Under the pieces are notes generated by a model that searched no databases, was not told where the DNA came from, and worked only from the letters and a program-made list of their open reading frames with translations. From Hemiscyllium ocellatum (Eukaryota): a stretch of DNA of 64,000 nucleotides. The stretch spans positions 76,290,484 to 76,354,483 of the forward strand of contig NC_083408.1 in assembly GCF_020745735.1 (NCBI RefSeq), given 5' to 3'. Shown here one piece after another: positions 1 to 13,423 of this stretch. A program made the position numbers and the translations under genes. How positions within the stretch are numbered: the stretch's first letter is position 1; the number at the start of each line of letters is the position of its first letter.

Positions 1-1320
1 TGTCACTCTTATACTGTCATGGACAAATGCATTTGCAGCAGGCAGACTGGTGAGGGTAAGGTCAAGTACATCTTTTCCACCATCTTCTGCAGGTTTAATC
101 TTGCAGCTGCGTCCTTTAGAATTCAACCAGATTAATCAGCAATGATGCTGCCGAGCTACTCTTCATGGTGCACAAATTTTCCACCCAGAGTACATTCTGT
201 ATCACTGTCACCCTCCATACTTGTTCAAGGTGGTGTTCAATGTGGAGGAGTACTGGTTCATCAGTTGAGGCGGGCTGTACATGGTAAACAGCAGGCAATT
301 ACCTTGCCCATTTCTGATCCAATGTCATGAGACTTCATAGGATTCACAGTCCATGTTGAAGGGTCCCTGGGCAAATCACTCCCTGCTGTATATCACAGTG
401 CCATTGCAACTGCTGTTTTTTGTCAAGCCAGTGGAACAGGACATATCCATGGATGATGATATTGTTGTTTGGGTCATTGTGGAAGGTAAGACTCTTGAGT
501 ATGGCTATACCAGTCAGTAGTTCAACTAGTCTGCAAGGCAGTTTTCCAAATTTTACCACTTACTCCTAAACGTCGGTAAGGAAGACTTTACAGGATTGAT
601 GAGGCTGAGTTTGATGTTGTTGCTTCCAGCACTTAGGTTGATGCCATTGGTTTGATTTCCTTTTGAGACATCCTAGCAGTTGATACAATTGTCTGGCTTG
701 GTATGCCTTTTTAGAGATTAGTTAAGAGTCAAACACATTGCTTTGGCAATGGAGTTACAGGTAGGTCAGACCAATAGGAACTACAGTTTTCCATCCCTAA
801 AGGACTTTAATGAATAAGATTGAGATATACACAAATCGATATTAGATTCGTGGTCATTTGACTTCTAATTTAAGATTTTTATTAAATTTAAAACTGAACC
901 TAGGTCCCTAGAACATTCCCTGGGTCTCTGTATTATGAGTCCAGTAATAATATCACTACATCAGTGCCTACCAAAGGCAGTGCAAGCACTAATCTAATGG
1001 TGGCTACTTCATCAATGACTTTCCCTCTGTCAGAAGGTCAGAGATGGCAATGTTCACTGATGATTGCATGATGTCCAGCATCATTCGCAACTCCTCAGAT
1101 GCTGAAGCAGTTCATGCCTGAACACAGCAAGTCCTGGACCACATCCATGTTTGTGCTGAAAGGTGGTAAGTAATATTCACATCAAACAAATGCAAGGCAA
1201 TTAACATCTCTAACAAGAGAATCTAACCATCATCCTGAGACATTCAATGACATTACCATCACTGAATTGTCCACTATCAACATGCTGGAAGCTAACCATT
1301 GATCAGAAGCAGCTGAAGGT
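1..1320. mobile_element. Old L2/CR1-group LINE fragments in both orientations
   Basis: Degenerate RT motif (MFTDDC) near 1050 on the + strand; the same repeat family is seen at about 8085-9610, 23695-24510 and 26040-26270. Confidence 0.45.
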
Positions 1321-2549
1321 GTTTGGTTCGAGGACACTATCCTGAGGAACTCAGAGTTAAGAGTTCTACAACACAGAAATAGGTCCTTTGCCCCTTCAGG
1401 TCTGTGCTGGTCAGAACAACCATCTATTCATCTTATCTCAATTTTTTAACACTTAGCCCATAAGCCTTATATGGTTTGGCATTGCAAATGCACATCTAAA
1501 TACTTCTTAAATATTATGAGGGTTTCACATCTAAAAAACAGTTTTTGTCGCACCCGGTGAATCTTCTGCCCTTTTAACTTAAATTGATTCCCCTGTTTAT
1601 TGTTTCCTATTTCACCTCACACTTTACAGTTATTTGAAAAGGAAAAGAATAAATAGAGTGAGCTTTTATCCTCGAAGAAAAGTCTGCGGAGTTCATAATG
1701 ACAAATAAGTAAATGGTAAATAAATTAAAAAGATATTTTATATCTGTTTTGATGCAGACGGCACAAATAGCATCCCAGAAATAATTGTAAATCAGCATAA
1801 AAATGTGAAGGAGGAACTTAAAATATTAAAGTAGGGAAAGGGTACTCACAAAATTACTAGAACTAAAAAGTAATAAGTAGCTGCTGAGATAATAAATGCA
1901 TTGGTGTTAATTTTCCAAGATTCTACAGATTTCCACATGGACCACTCTGAAAAGAAAATCCATGAAGATCACAAACTTGAGAGATTGGGTGCATTATCAG
2001 TCACAGGATCATTACTTTAAAAGTTTCCTTTCAAGTGCTGATATTTTTATAGTATCTTTTTACAGAACTGGATGTCAATTTGTTAATTAGCTTGTTTTTT
2101 TTCCAACTTGCTCAAGAGTGAATGAAGAGACATATACTAACGGAGGTGTTGACTGGAGTCAGAAGTTACACTTTGTGATGTTTCACTATGTGAATAAATC
2201 AATTTAGTAAATTGTAAAGTAAATTGTAAAGAACTAAAAACTAGCTTTCATTTCTCCTTTCACTGACTAGCTATCAGGAGTATAATACAATGGTTGAAGT
2301 CAACAATATAGATATGTTTAAAGGGAAGCTGGACAAGCATTTGTCAGTTGGGAATGAGGAAAAATGGAAGAAGGCTCAGGCAAAGCATAAACACATAATG
2401 GGTTGGTTTTGCCAAATGTCATGTTTTATGTGAGCTAAATCCTTTGTAACCAATATTAAAAAGGCTGTTTGCATCATGTGGCTTAAACAAACATCAGAAA
2501 CTCCTAACATTAAGAGCACGGAGTAACTCAAATCACTCATACCACTAAC

Positions 2550-2747
2550 CTTGTTGAAAGTTACATTCTGATTCAACCAAAAGTTCTGATTCCAGACTTG
2601 TGTAGCCATCCTTAACTTCCTCAGTTTCTGCTCCAGTTCAGATTCAAGCTTTGGTGTATAAAATTTCATAGGTCTTAGGTTTGAAAGCCTATCTGGAGGG
2701 CCAACCCAGTCATGGTGCGAGTCTGCAGGACTTTGGAAACTTGAAGT
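2550..2747 (-). CDS. COA8: Cytochrome c oxidase assembly factor 8 (APOPT1), internal coding exon 2 (198 bp, phase 0/0)
   Basis: Translates [66 protein letters not shown], matching the COA8 HDWIGPPD..SNLRP..F..P..ES.LEQ.LR.LR..TQ.WNQ.FW.NQN.TF.K signature. Flanked by a ttttttttcag-type acceptor (AG at 2749-2748) and a GTTAGT donor (2549). Confidence 0.95.
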
Positions 2748-3047
2748 CTGAAAAAAATGTATTTCAGTTTAGATAATAAATAATTGGCATTTCTCTTAAA
2801 GTTTCAGAGTAAAAGCAGTTCAAACTGTGTGCCCACCTTTGTAGAACAATTGTTTCTATAATTTCATGAATGTTTGACTGGAAATGAACAGATCTTTGAG
2901 GTTTTATATTAAACACTTGAACATACGAGTTCATATGAGAAGAAACTAAAAATACATCCTTCCATGTAGAATATGTGCATGATCACTTTAGGTTAAGTAT
3001 TTAACAGTAGCATGAACTCTAGAACATTCTCACTTAAATCCACGATT

Positions 3048-6000
3048 TAGAGTCATAGAGATGTACAGCATGGAAACAAACTCTTCGGTCCAACCCATTC
3101 ATGCTGACCAGTTCATATCCCAACCCAATCTAGTCCCATCTGCCAGCACTTGGCCCATATCCCTCCAAACCCTTCCTATTCATATACCCATCCAAATGCC
3201 TCTTAAATGTTGCAATTGTACCAGCCTCCACCACATCCTGTGGCAGCTCATTCCATGCACGCACCACCGTCTGCGTGAAAAAGTTGCCCCTTAGGTCTCT
3301 TTTATATCTTTCCTCTCTCACCCTAAACCTATGCCCTCTAGTTCTGGACTCCCCGACCCCAGCGAAAAGACTTTGTCTATTTATCCTATCCATGCCCCTC
3401 ATAATTTTGTAAATCCCCATAAGATCACCCCTCAGCCTCTGACGCTCCAGTGAAAACAGCCCCAGCCTGTTCAGCCTCTCCCTGTAGCTCAGATCCTCCA
3501 ATCCTGGCAAATCTTTTCTGAACCCTTTCACGTTTCACAACATCTTTCTGATAGGAAGGAGATCAGAAATGCACGCAATATTCCAACAGTGGCCTAACCA
3601 ATGTACTGTACAGCCACAACATGGCCTCCCAACTCCTGTACTCAATACTCTGACCAATAAAGGAAAGCATACCAAATGCCTTCTTCACTATCCTATCTAC
3701 CTGCGACTCCACTTTCAAGGAGCTATGAACCTGCACTCCAAGGTCTCTTTGTTCAGCAACACTCCCTAGGACCTTACCATTAAATGTATAAGTCATGCTA
3801 AGATTTGCTTTCCCAAAATGCAGCACCTCACACTTACCTGAATTAAACCCATCTGCCACTTCTCAGCCCATTGGCCCATCTGGTCCAGATCCTGTTGTAA
3901 TCTGAGGTAACGCTCTTCCCTCCAATTTTGGTGTCATTTACAAACTTACTAACTGTACCGCTTATGCTCGCATCTAAATCATTTATGTAAATGACAAAAA
4001 GTAGAGGACCCAGCACCGATCCTTGTGGCACTCCACTGGTCCCAGGCCTCCAATCTGAAAAACAACCCTCCACCACCACCCTCTGTCTTCTACCTTTGAG
4101 CCAGTTCTGTATCCAAATGGCTAGTTCTCCCTGTATTCTGTGAGATCAGTTTCTCATGGGGAACTTTGTGAAATGCCTTACTGAAGTCCCATTAGATCGC
4201 ATCTACTGCTCTGCCCTCATCAATCTTCTTTTTTACTTCTTCAAAAAAACTCAATCACGTTTGTGAGACATGATTTCCCACGCACAAAGCCATGTTGACT
4301 ATCCCGAATCAGTCCTTGCCTTTCCAAATGCATGTACATCCTATCCCTCAGGATTCCCTCCAACAACTTGCTCACCACCGAGGTCAGGCTCACCGATCTA
4401 TAGTTCCCTGGCTTGTCTTTATCGCCCTTCTTAAACAGTGACACCACTTTTGCCAACCTCCAGTCTTCCGGCACCTCACCTGTGATTATCGATGATACAA
4501 ATATCTCAGCAAGAGGCCCAGCAACCACTTCTCCAGCTTCCCACAGATCCTTGGGATGTATCTACCTTTGACCATTTCAAGACATCCAGCACTTCCTTCT
4601 CTGTAATCTGGACATTTTGCAAGATGTCACCATCTATTTCCCTAGAGTCTATATCTTCCATATCCTTTTCCACAGTAAATACTGATGCAAAATATTCATT
4701 TAGTATCTCCCCCATTTTCTGTGGCTCCACACAAAGGCCGCCTTGCTGGTCTTTGAGGGGCCCTATTCTCTCCCTAGTTACCCTTTTGACCTTAATATAT
4801 TTGTAAAAATCCTTTGGATTCTCCTTAATTCTATTTGCCAAAGCGATCTCATGTTCCCGTTTTGCCCTTCTGATTTCCCTCTTAAGTATACTCCTACTTT
4901 CTTTATACTCTTCTAAGGATTCACTCGATCTATCCTGTCTATACCTGACATATGCTTCCTTCTTTTTCTTAACCAAACCCTCAATTTCTTTAGTCATCCA
5001 GCATTCCCTATACCTACCAGCCTTCCCTTTCACCCTGACAGCAATATACTTTCTCTGGATTCTTGTTATCTCATTTCTGAAGCCTTCCCATTTTCCAGCC
5101 GTCCCTTTACCTGCGAACATCTGCCTCCAATCAGCTTTCAAAAGTTCTTGCCTAATACCGTCAAAATTGGCCTTTCTCCAATTTAGAACTTCAACTTTTA
5201 GATCTGGTCTATCCTTTTCCATCACTATTTTAAAATGAATAGAATTATGGTCGCTGGCCCCAAAGTGCTCCCCCACTGACACCTCTGTCACCTGCCCTGC
5301 CTTATTTCCCAAGAGTAGGTCAAGTTTTGCACCTTCTCTAGTAGGTACATACACATACTGAATCAGAAAATTGTCTTGTACACACTTAAGAAATTCCTCT
5401 CCATCTAAACCTTTAACATTATGGCAGTCCCAGTCGATGTTTGGAAAGTTAAAATCCCCTACCATAACTACCCTATTATTCTTAGAGATAGCTGAGATCT
5501 CCCTACAAGTTTGTTTCTCAATTTCCCTCTGACTATTAGGGGGTCCATAATACAATCCCAATAAGGTGATCACCTATTTCTTATTTCTCAGTTCCACCCA
5601 AATAACTTCCCTGGATATATTTCCAGGAATATCCTCCCTCAGCACAGCTGTAACGCTATCCCTTATCAAAAATGTCACTCCCCCTCCTCTCTTGCCTCCC
5701 TTTCTATCCTTCCTGTAGCATTGGCATCCTGAAACATTAAACTGCCAGTCATGCCCACCCCTGAGCCATGTTTCCATAATTGCTATGATATCCCAGTCCC
5801 ATGTCCTAACCACGCTCTGAGTTCATCTGCCTTCCCTGTTAGGCCCCTTGCATTGAAATAAATGCAGTTTAATTTATTAGTCCTACCTTGTCCCTGCCTG
5901 CCCTGACTGTTTGACTCACTTCTGTTCTCAGGTGTACCCGTTTCAGATCGATCTGGAGTAATCCAGATATTACTATCCTTGAGGACGTCCTTTTTAAATT

Positions 6001-7260
6001 TCTGCCTAACTCTCTGTAATCTCCCTTCAGAGTCTCAACCTTTTCCCTTCCTATGTCGTTGGTTCCAATGTGGACAATAACCTCCTGCTGGCCCCTCTCC
6101 CCCATGAGAACATTCTGCACCCTCTCTGAGGCATCCTTGATGCTGGCACCAGGGAAACAACACATCATTCTGCTTTTTCTCTGCTGGCCACAGAAACGTC
6201 TGTTTGTACCTCTGACGACAGAATCCCCTAACACAATTGAGCTCTTGGAAGCCAACGTGTCCCTCGTTGCATTAGAGCCAGTCTCAATACCAGAAACTTG
6301 GTTGTTCGTGCTACATTCCTCTGAGAATCCATCAACCCCTACATTTTCCAAAACAGCATACCTATTTGAAATGGGTGTATCCACAAAAGACTCCTGCACT
6401 CGCTGCCTACCTCTCTTACCCCTCCTGGAGTTAACCCATCCATGTGACTGTATCTGAGACTTATCCCCTTCCTATATCTGCCATCCATCATATACTGTTG
6501 CTGTTGCAGTTGCAAATTCCTCATCGCTTTGATCTGTCTCTCCAACCGATCCACTCAATCTGATAAGATTCACATCCAACAGCATTTATGGCAGATATAA
6601 TCAGCAGTAACACTTAAACTCTCTTTAAACTCCCACATCTAACAAGAAGTACATATCACTTCAAAGGCCATTTTTGCTCCTTCACAATCTACAGACCCAG
6701 AAAATAACACCGTCTTATTCCTCTAAAAACACTCCCCAGGTTAAATTAATAGCTATGGCTTATATTATAAGTTTAATCAAGAGACATATCTCCAAAAACA
6801 TATAATCAAGAAAGAATCCACTATACTCACTACTGCAGCCTCTCTCTTGGACAGACTTAAAACTACAATTAACTTATCTGATTCTGTGCTGAGAACTTCG
6901 CCCAACAGTTCCTCCAAGATTAGTTGTGAATTTCACTGTTTATTCATTTTCCCAGATGCACTCCGATGTCCAGTGATACATGAATTCAAACAGCAAAGGT
7001 GGTAACTGTGCAGGTTCTCTCTCTCTTGGTCTCCTGCACTATCCTCACCATGTGCTTCCTTTGTCTGCTCTTCTCCCTTTTAAAACTGCTCTTGTTTTGA
7101 CTTTTTTTTCCCGACGTTCCAAAAGAATGCAACCGCATATCAAACAGTAATTGCTGCTCCTGGAATAAGAGGAAATCACCTCCAATACCTAAAATTCCTG
7201 AAAAAAAGGAGCAGCTCTTACAGCCAGAAATATTTCCCGTCCTCAATCTTGTAATCAAGA
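3048..7260 (-). mobile_element. Near full-length CR1 LINE (ORF1 with SGNH esterase domain; ORF2 APE + RT), disrupted, in COA8 intron 1
   Basis: ORF1 motifs IVLGDSVVRG / CFPGA / VHIGTNDIG. ORF2 motifs [49 protein letters not shown]1-type 3' tail CTCTATGACTCTA. Carries frameshifts and internal deletions. Confidence 0.9.
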
Positions 7261-8084
7261 ATTCTGGGTAATCCAAGAACTTTGCAGCAAAAGCTCAGGC
7301 TGAAAATCAATGCAAATCAGTTCTCGTGATACTGCAGTATAAGTTTACAGAATAACTGATTAATTTTGCCCACAGTAGAAGAATTCATGGATCATAAAGT
7401 TTAAACAAACCATGGTTATGGATAGTGGCTTAATTTTTTTTGTTTAAAAAACAAAACTGAAAAAAAGGCTTAAGTACAACAGAAATTATTGCAGAAACTC
7501 AGCAAGTCTGCTTTTTCTGCACAGCTACTGCCAGAGTTAACATTTTAAGTCCAGTGACCCTCCCTCATAACAAGAAAAGCTTAAACATAATTTTAGCAAT
7601 TACAGGTATTAATAACTGTCCAATAATGCTTTCAAAGTTTCATTTTAATAAATGTTTTTTTATAGGCTGCCAGATTCAACAATAAAATACTGAAATTTGA
7701 ATGAGAAAAATTAAGGTGTATTAACTTGAACTGGCATATAGGTTTGGAGTCTGAAGTGGTGACAGCAAACCAATGCAGTATGCTGGATAGAAAATAAGCT
7801 GAATAAAAATGAAATATATTTAAAATAATAAAAATCATAAAGTTTACCTAATTTGCAAATACATCAAATCAAGCCAGACATGATCAGATATAGATCAACT
7901 ATGAATTGGTTCAATCTCATGCATGCCCTGAACGTAGAGTGGAGATTCTGCCTTCAGAACTTGAGCTCACTCATGCACAGACAAAGGTTTCAGTCACACA
8001 TTTCAAGAGATGACGGATAGCAGAGTTTAAGAAAGTGGTTGATAGCTCTTTTGACTTATAAATGGTACAAACAGTAGATTTTTT

Positions 8085-9610
8085 TTTGATTCACACATGT
8101 TGACATTGCTGGATGGGTCACCAATTAAATCTGGTCTCTAATTGCCCTTGAGAAGCTGGTAGTGATCTGCCTTCTTAAGCCACTGCAATCTATGGGAGGT
8201 CGGTATACTACAGCACTGTTTGGAAGGGAGATCCAGGATTTGATCAGTGGCAATGAAGAATAGGCAGTATAGTTCTGAGTCAGGATTGTATGGGGCTTAA
8301 AGATGAAGTTTTGCAGGTCATGGTATTCCTTTACATCTGCTGCCCTCTTTCTAGGTGGAAGAGGCTTCAGGTTTGGGAGGTCCAGTTTAAGGAACCTTAG
8401 TGAGTTTCTTCAGTGCATCTTATAATGGAACATACCGATGCCTCTGCGCATCAGAAGTGGATGGGTAGAGGGTGCTGGAAAAGGTACCAATTTAGCAGCT
8501 GTTTTGTCCTGATTCCTTGATTTCCTAGAATGATATTGAAGTTGAAACAATTCAGGCAAATGGAGAGTATTCCATCCCACTCCTGGCTTAGGTATTACAA
8601 ATGATCAACATGCTTTGGGGACACAGGAGGGGAGTTATTGCTGCAGATGTCCAAACTTCCGACCCCCTGTTGCAGCAGTATTTATATGGCTGATCTAGTT
8701 CAGTTTCTGGTCAATGGTAACCCACACAATATTGATAGCAGTGAACTCATCAATGGTAATGCCATCGAATGGAAGGGGTGATAATTCAAGTCACTCTTGT
8801 TGGAGATGTCAATTGTCTGGTATCTGTGTTAGACAGATGGAACATACTAATTATTAGTCCAAGACTGGATGATGCTCAGGTCTTACTGCATGTATAGACA
8901 GATTGTTTCACTCTGTGAGAAGTTGTGTATTATGCTAAAAAGCATGCAATTATCAGTGAACATCCTAACTTATGACCATATGATGGAGAAAAGGTCATTG
9001 ATGAAATACCTGAAGATGGCTGTGCCCTAGGACACAACCTCGAAGAACTCCTGCAGTGTCATCCTGGGACTGAGATGAATGACCTGCAACAATCTCAAAC
9101 ATCTTCCTTTACACTAGGTATGACTCAACCAATGGAATATGTTTCCCTGATTCCCACTTGCTCCAGTTTTGCTAGGGCTTCTTGATGTCATATTCAGTCA
9201 AATATAGCTCTTTTGACTTATAAATGTCCAGGGCAGTCACTCTCTCAACTCTGGAGTTGTCCATGTTTGGACCAAGACGAGTGGCCCCAAGCGTCCGACA
9301 GCAGATATTATTGAGCTGCTTTACTAGTTAGTAAAGGGCTGTTTTACTACCACATTTTTATCAGCTTGTTGATGGACAAAAATGGCCTGATGGGATGATA
9401 GTTAGCTGGATTGGAACAATCCTTGTCGGAGACAGGGGATACCTGGGCAATTTTCCACATTCCCAGGTAGATGCCAGTGTTGTAACTGTACCGAAATAGC
9501 TTTGTCTAGGACTGCAGCTAATTCTGGGACACAAGTCTTCAGTACCATTGTTGGAATGTTGTCAGGACCCATACCATTTGCAGAATTCAGTAACTTCAGC
9601 TGTTTCTTGA
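8085..9610 (-). mobile_element. Ancient L2/CR1-group LINE 3' portion
   Basis: Degenerate RT motifs on the minus strand (GVLRGCVLG.AIF, MFTDNC). Its 3' end is shared with copies near 23.7 kb and 26.05 kb. Confidence 0.55.
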
Positions 9611-11980
9611 CTGGTGCATGTAGCTTTGCTGAGTAGCAATACTGAGACTATACAATAAGAAGTTTGTGTGAGAAACAATTTAATTAAAGCTTCAATGAAT
9701 TGAACAAGATTGTCCCTCCAATCATGAAAAAGCAACATTTTGACTGGTGATCTGTGTAAAGTGCCAACCTATATAATCTATGAATTATTTTGAATAAATC
9801 TAAATTGTGTTGTTCAATAACGCTGCTTTTCCAGGAATGAAAAGTAGTTTGTTAAATACAGAAGTTAATTAATGAAATCACATATTACTAATTTATTCAA
9901 ATGATTGATTAAAAAGGAAGAGGCCAGAAGCAGTATTAACTACTCAAAATTCAAATATGCATTTTGTTCAAATCACAACATTGGATGCATGCATTAGGTA
10001 TCTTGACACAACTGGCAGATAGCACACTGAGCAAATTTATACTTGACAACATATATTTTGTGAATGAGTTAATGTGGTGTGTCATTGCACAAGTCTTTCA
10101 AATTCTTGTAATTAAAAAGAGCTAAATTGATCATTTTAATTAGATCCTAACATATTTCCATTTCTTTCCTCTGACCAACATAATTCAAATCACCTAAAGA
10201 GAAATATTCAACATTATTTATTCCAAAAAATAATCTTGCAGATCAAGTGAACATTGAAAGGCCAATAAATTATCCAAGCTTCCTCTCAATAACCTTCTCA
10301 GAAAGACTTGCATTAATCAAGACATTCTGAAGAGCTTTACAGATATTATGAAATACACAGGTCATATTGTCTCTGGGAGAAAAGGCCATCAGTTGTGTCA
10401 GAAAGAAACATTAATGTTTTTCCTGTAAAGAATTACAATTGCAGTGTACTTTTGATATCTATACCTAACAGCGCAGGTTTTGTAGGTAATTGGTGACAGA
10501 AATCTGGGTGATTATGCAATCATCAATTATTGATGTATTTCAAGATATCTGTAGCCACAGGAAGCTCTCACAACAGGCAACATGAAAATGATCAATCTTT
10601 TTTAGTGCTTTTTATATAATGCAGAGGATGGTGGGTGTCTGGAATTTGCTGTGTGAGTTGGTGGTGGAGGCAGTAACCCTAAACTCCTTTAAAAAGTATC
10701 TGAACCTTCACATTAAGTGCTGTAAGCTGTAGGGCTATGGGCTGTGTGGGGGAAGAAGGTGTTAGAAATGTTATATGGGTATCTATGAGTGAGCATGGAC
10801 AAGATGGGCCGAATGGCTGCATTCTGCGCTGTATCATGTCTATGGTCCTTTTGATTAGGTGATAAAATATCAGCCAGGACACTAGGGATAGCTCCTTTAT
10901 AATTGTAAAAAGCATAAATAGAATTTTTGTCCATGTGAGAGAACATATAGTATATGGTCTCAGTTTAATATCATCTGACTCAAAAGCAAGAGGCCTACTG
11001 AATGAGAGAAATGTTATATTGTAGATATATATCCAAGGGAAAGCAGAACACTGGGTGCATTGCAAATATTATAAACAGGATGATATCATCATTGGTAAAA
11101 ACAAGGACAGCCTCACTCAGTACATTGTTGTAGTTAGAGGAACCTTCCAAAATTATTCCATCACTACCACAGATATTTTGCAATTCAAGATCAAAATGGG
11201 ATGTTTTCAGCCTTAAAGGACAAACCTAGGATATAACAATTTACAATTTTAAAGGTCTGATCCAGAAAAAAATTAGAGATTCACAAATCATCGTTGCCTA
11301 ATGAGGGAAAGGAGTGGAGCTGTGTCATACAGAAAAAGGCATTTCGGCTTTTCCTGCAAAGAACTACTACAGCACTGTACTTCATAGCAAAGTAGCAATC
11401 AATCTTTTGAGTATAGTCAGTCTCAATGTAACAATCATATGAGTGCAGCTACAACATTCAAAAAGCTCAAAATCCCGGACAAGGCAGTCCACTTGATTGC
11501 CAACCCATTCATCACTTTAAACATTCATTCTTTCCGACAGCACTGTATAACGCGGGTGGCAGCAATGTGTATCATGCAATACACTGCAGTAAACCTCAGG
11601 TTTTTTCCGACAACTGCCGCGAGCGCGTACTAAATATTTTAAGGAGCTGCAGCCAAAACACAAAGGCTACAATCGCAATATCTAATGTGACCGCCTGACA
11701 TGGCTGATGTATGTGAATGGTTCTGCTAACTGATGAAAATTTTCCTACGTTGTCCAATTCTAACAATACTGTTCAGCATCTGGCATTTCGTTGAGTTAAT
11801 AAATCAAATCATCGTTAACGCAGTTTGCAGACAAAAAAAAATCAAAGGCGATACAATCTTATGTTTATGACGCTAGGTACACCAGAACAGTTCCCGGGAG
11901 AGTAATACGCTTCAAATAACAGTGACAGACACCCTAAAGTTACTTCACATTTATTGGAAATAGGGAGATTTCTCATGTAC

Positions 11981-12154
11981 CTCGGCACCATTTTCACTTT
12001 GATCAGCAGCACTGCTCGAAACTGGACAGCATCTTCCTGCCAACAACACTGCGTACCTGTCCCCTGCAGCTTCCTTTACCCGGGCATTATGAAATATTCT
12101 GCCCACTGACAATTTTCCAGCAAACGGAAAGACAGTTATCCACCGGCCGTTCAT
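11981..12154 (-). CDS. COA8: COA8 coding exon 1 (putative mitochondrial targeting sequence, 58 codons)
   Basis: ATG at 12154 in the CpG-rich region. MNGRWITVFPFAGKLSVGRIFHNARVKE...ENGAE has a basic N-terminus. A phase-0 donor GAG|GTACAT at 11981/11980 joins in frame to exon 2. The head-to-head position relative to BAG5 matches the known vertebrate arrangement. Confidence 0.7.
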
Positions 12155-12620
12155 CCCTAAACAGACACGAACATCCGCCTGGTCCCGAACTGATCCAGTT
12201 TACGGCAGTGGGAACCGACATCGCAACCTGTCGTGAAGCGACCCCGCGGTTTGCCGGGATTGAGTGTGCGCATGTGCGCGGTCGGAAACTCCTCGCCAAC
12301 GTTCATCACAGAAGCGACCTGTTCGGGAGTTTGTCGGTGAGTGGAAGGATCCAGAAGGAGTTTCTGGTGGGGTTGACCGGGAGTGAGCTCGTCTCCTCGT
12401 ACCGGTTCGGTGTGTTGAATCAGGCGCGCGGTTTGGGAGCGAGTCTAAGGCACGCGCTCTGTCGGATTGACGCATGCGGCCTGGCCCGTTTGACAGATCC
12501 CTCGGAACCTGTGTGAACAAGGCCGCCTCATATCAACAGTTTTGTTTTTGCTGCACTGACCCCTTATAGATTAAATCGCGAAATTAGGGTCAGTTGGCTG
12601 TTTCACGGTCAGTGATTTCT
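12130..12620. promoter_or_regulatory. CpG-island bidirectional promoter shared by COA8 (-) and BAG5 (+), with an NRF1-like site
   Basis: Sharp local CpG/GC enrichment in AT-rich, CpG-poor surroundings. TGCGCATGTGCG at 12267-12278 is close to the NRF1 consensus; a second GCGCATGCG-like motif (GACGCATGCG) lies near 12469-12478. Confidence 0.75.
12280..12336 (+). other. BAG5: Candidate non-coding exon 1 of BAG5 (5' boundary uncertain)
   Basis: Consensus donor CG|GTGAGT at 12336/12337 just downstream of the NRF1-like site; alternative donor GA|GTGAGC at 12383. BAG5 is known to have a non-coding first exon and a single coding exon. Confidence 0.5.
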
Positions 12621-13266
12621 TAAACTCGTGTAACTTGGTGAAGGCACGACACATTTAAGAGAGATATTTCCTAACACCACCCACACCAGTCCGGTATACC
12701 ATTTCAAACTGGACGGTGTCGCTCAGTATCCCTCCTGTTTTGTTTTGATTTTCACTCATGGAGTCCCTATTGTGCGGAGAGAGACCGTTCGGCCCATAGA
12801 GTCTCTGCACACCCTCCGAAGGGCATCCCATCCGGACCCAGCATCACCACCCTCTCCCCATAAACACCCCCCACCTCCTTGACTCGGCTAACCAACCCGT
12901 CTTTGGACACCGGGGCGAAACCTAATCAAACACAAGGAAAATGTGCAAACTCCATACAGTCGCTCGCGGCTGCAAACAACCTGGATGGTCCCTGGCACTG
13001 TGAGGCAGCAGTGCGAACTACAGAGCTACTGTGACACTCTGTTCAGGAACTATCTGATGGAGCCCTTTTACATGATGTACAGCACGCACCCGTAAGCCTA
13101 TAATTTGTTGCCTAAATGAATAGTCCTCTTGGGAAGAAGAATTACCTATCATCTAACTAATTCTAGCCTTATATAATTTTATATGCAAGATCTCTGGTTA
13201 TAAAGAAGATAAAAGCAGGATTCAACTCTTCTCTGTCACTCACAGCTGATCATTGAGCTCAATACC

Positions 13267-13423
13267 TGAAGCGAAAGTGAGGACTGCGAATGCTGGGAAA
13301 GCATAGCAGGTCAGGCAGCATCAGAGGAACAGGAGAATCGATGTTTTGGGCAAAAGCCCTGCCCAAAATGTCGATTCTCCTCTTTGAATGCTGCCTGACC
13401 TGTGCTTTTCCAGCACCACACTC
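13267..13423. mobile_element. Short palindromic (head-to-head) Penelope-tail element with 14-bp TSD
   Basis: Arms CAGGTCAGGCAGCATC...GATGTTTTGGGC / GCCCAAAATGTC...GCTGCCTGACCTG. Flanked by TTGAGCTCAATACC (13253-13266) and TTGAGCTCAGTACC (13424-13437). Confidence 0.75.

Noticed and set aside
2376-2549. ORF-track extension of the COA8 exon ([10 protein letters not shown]...)
   Set aside because: This is read-through into the intron past the GT donor at 2549; COA8 similarity stops at TFNK.
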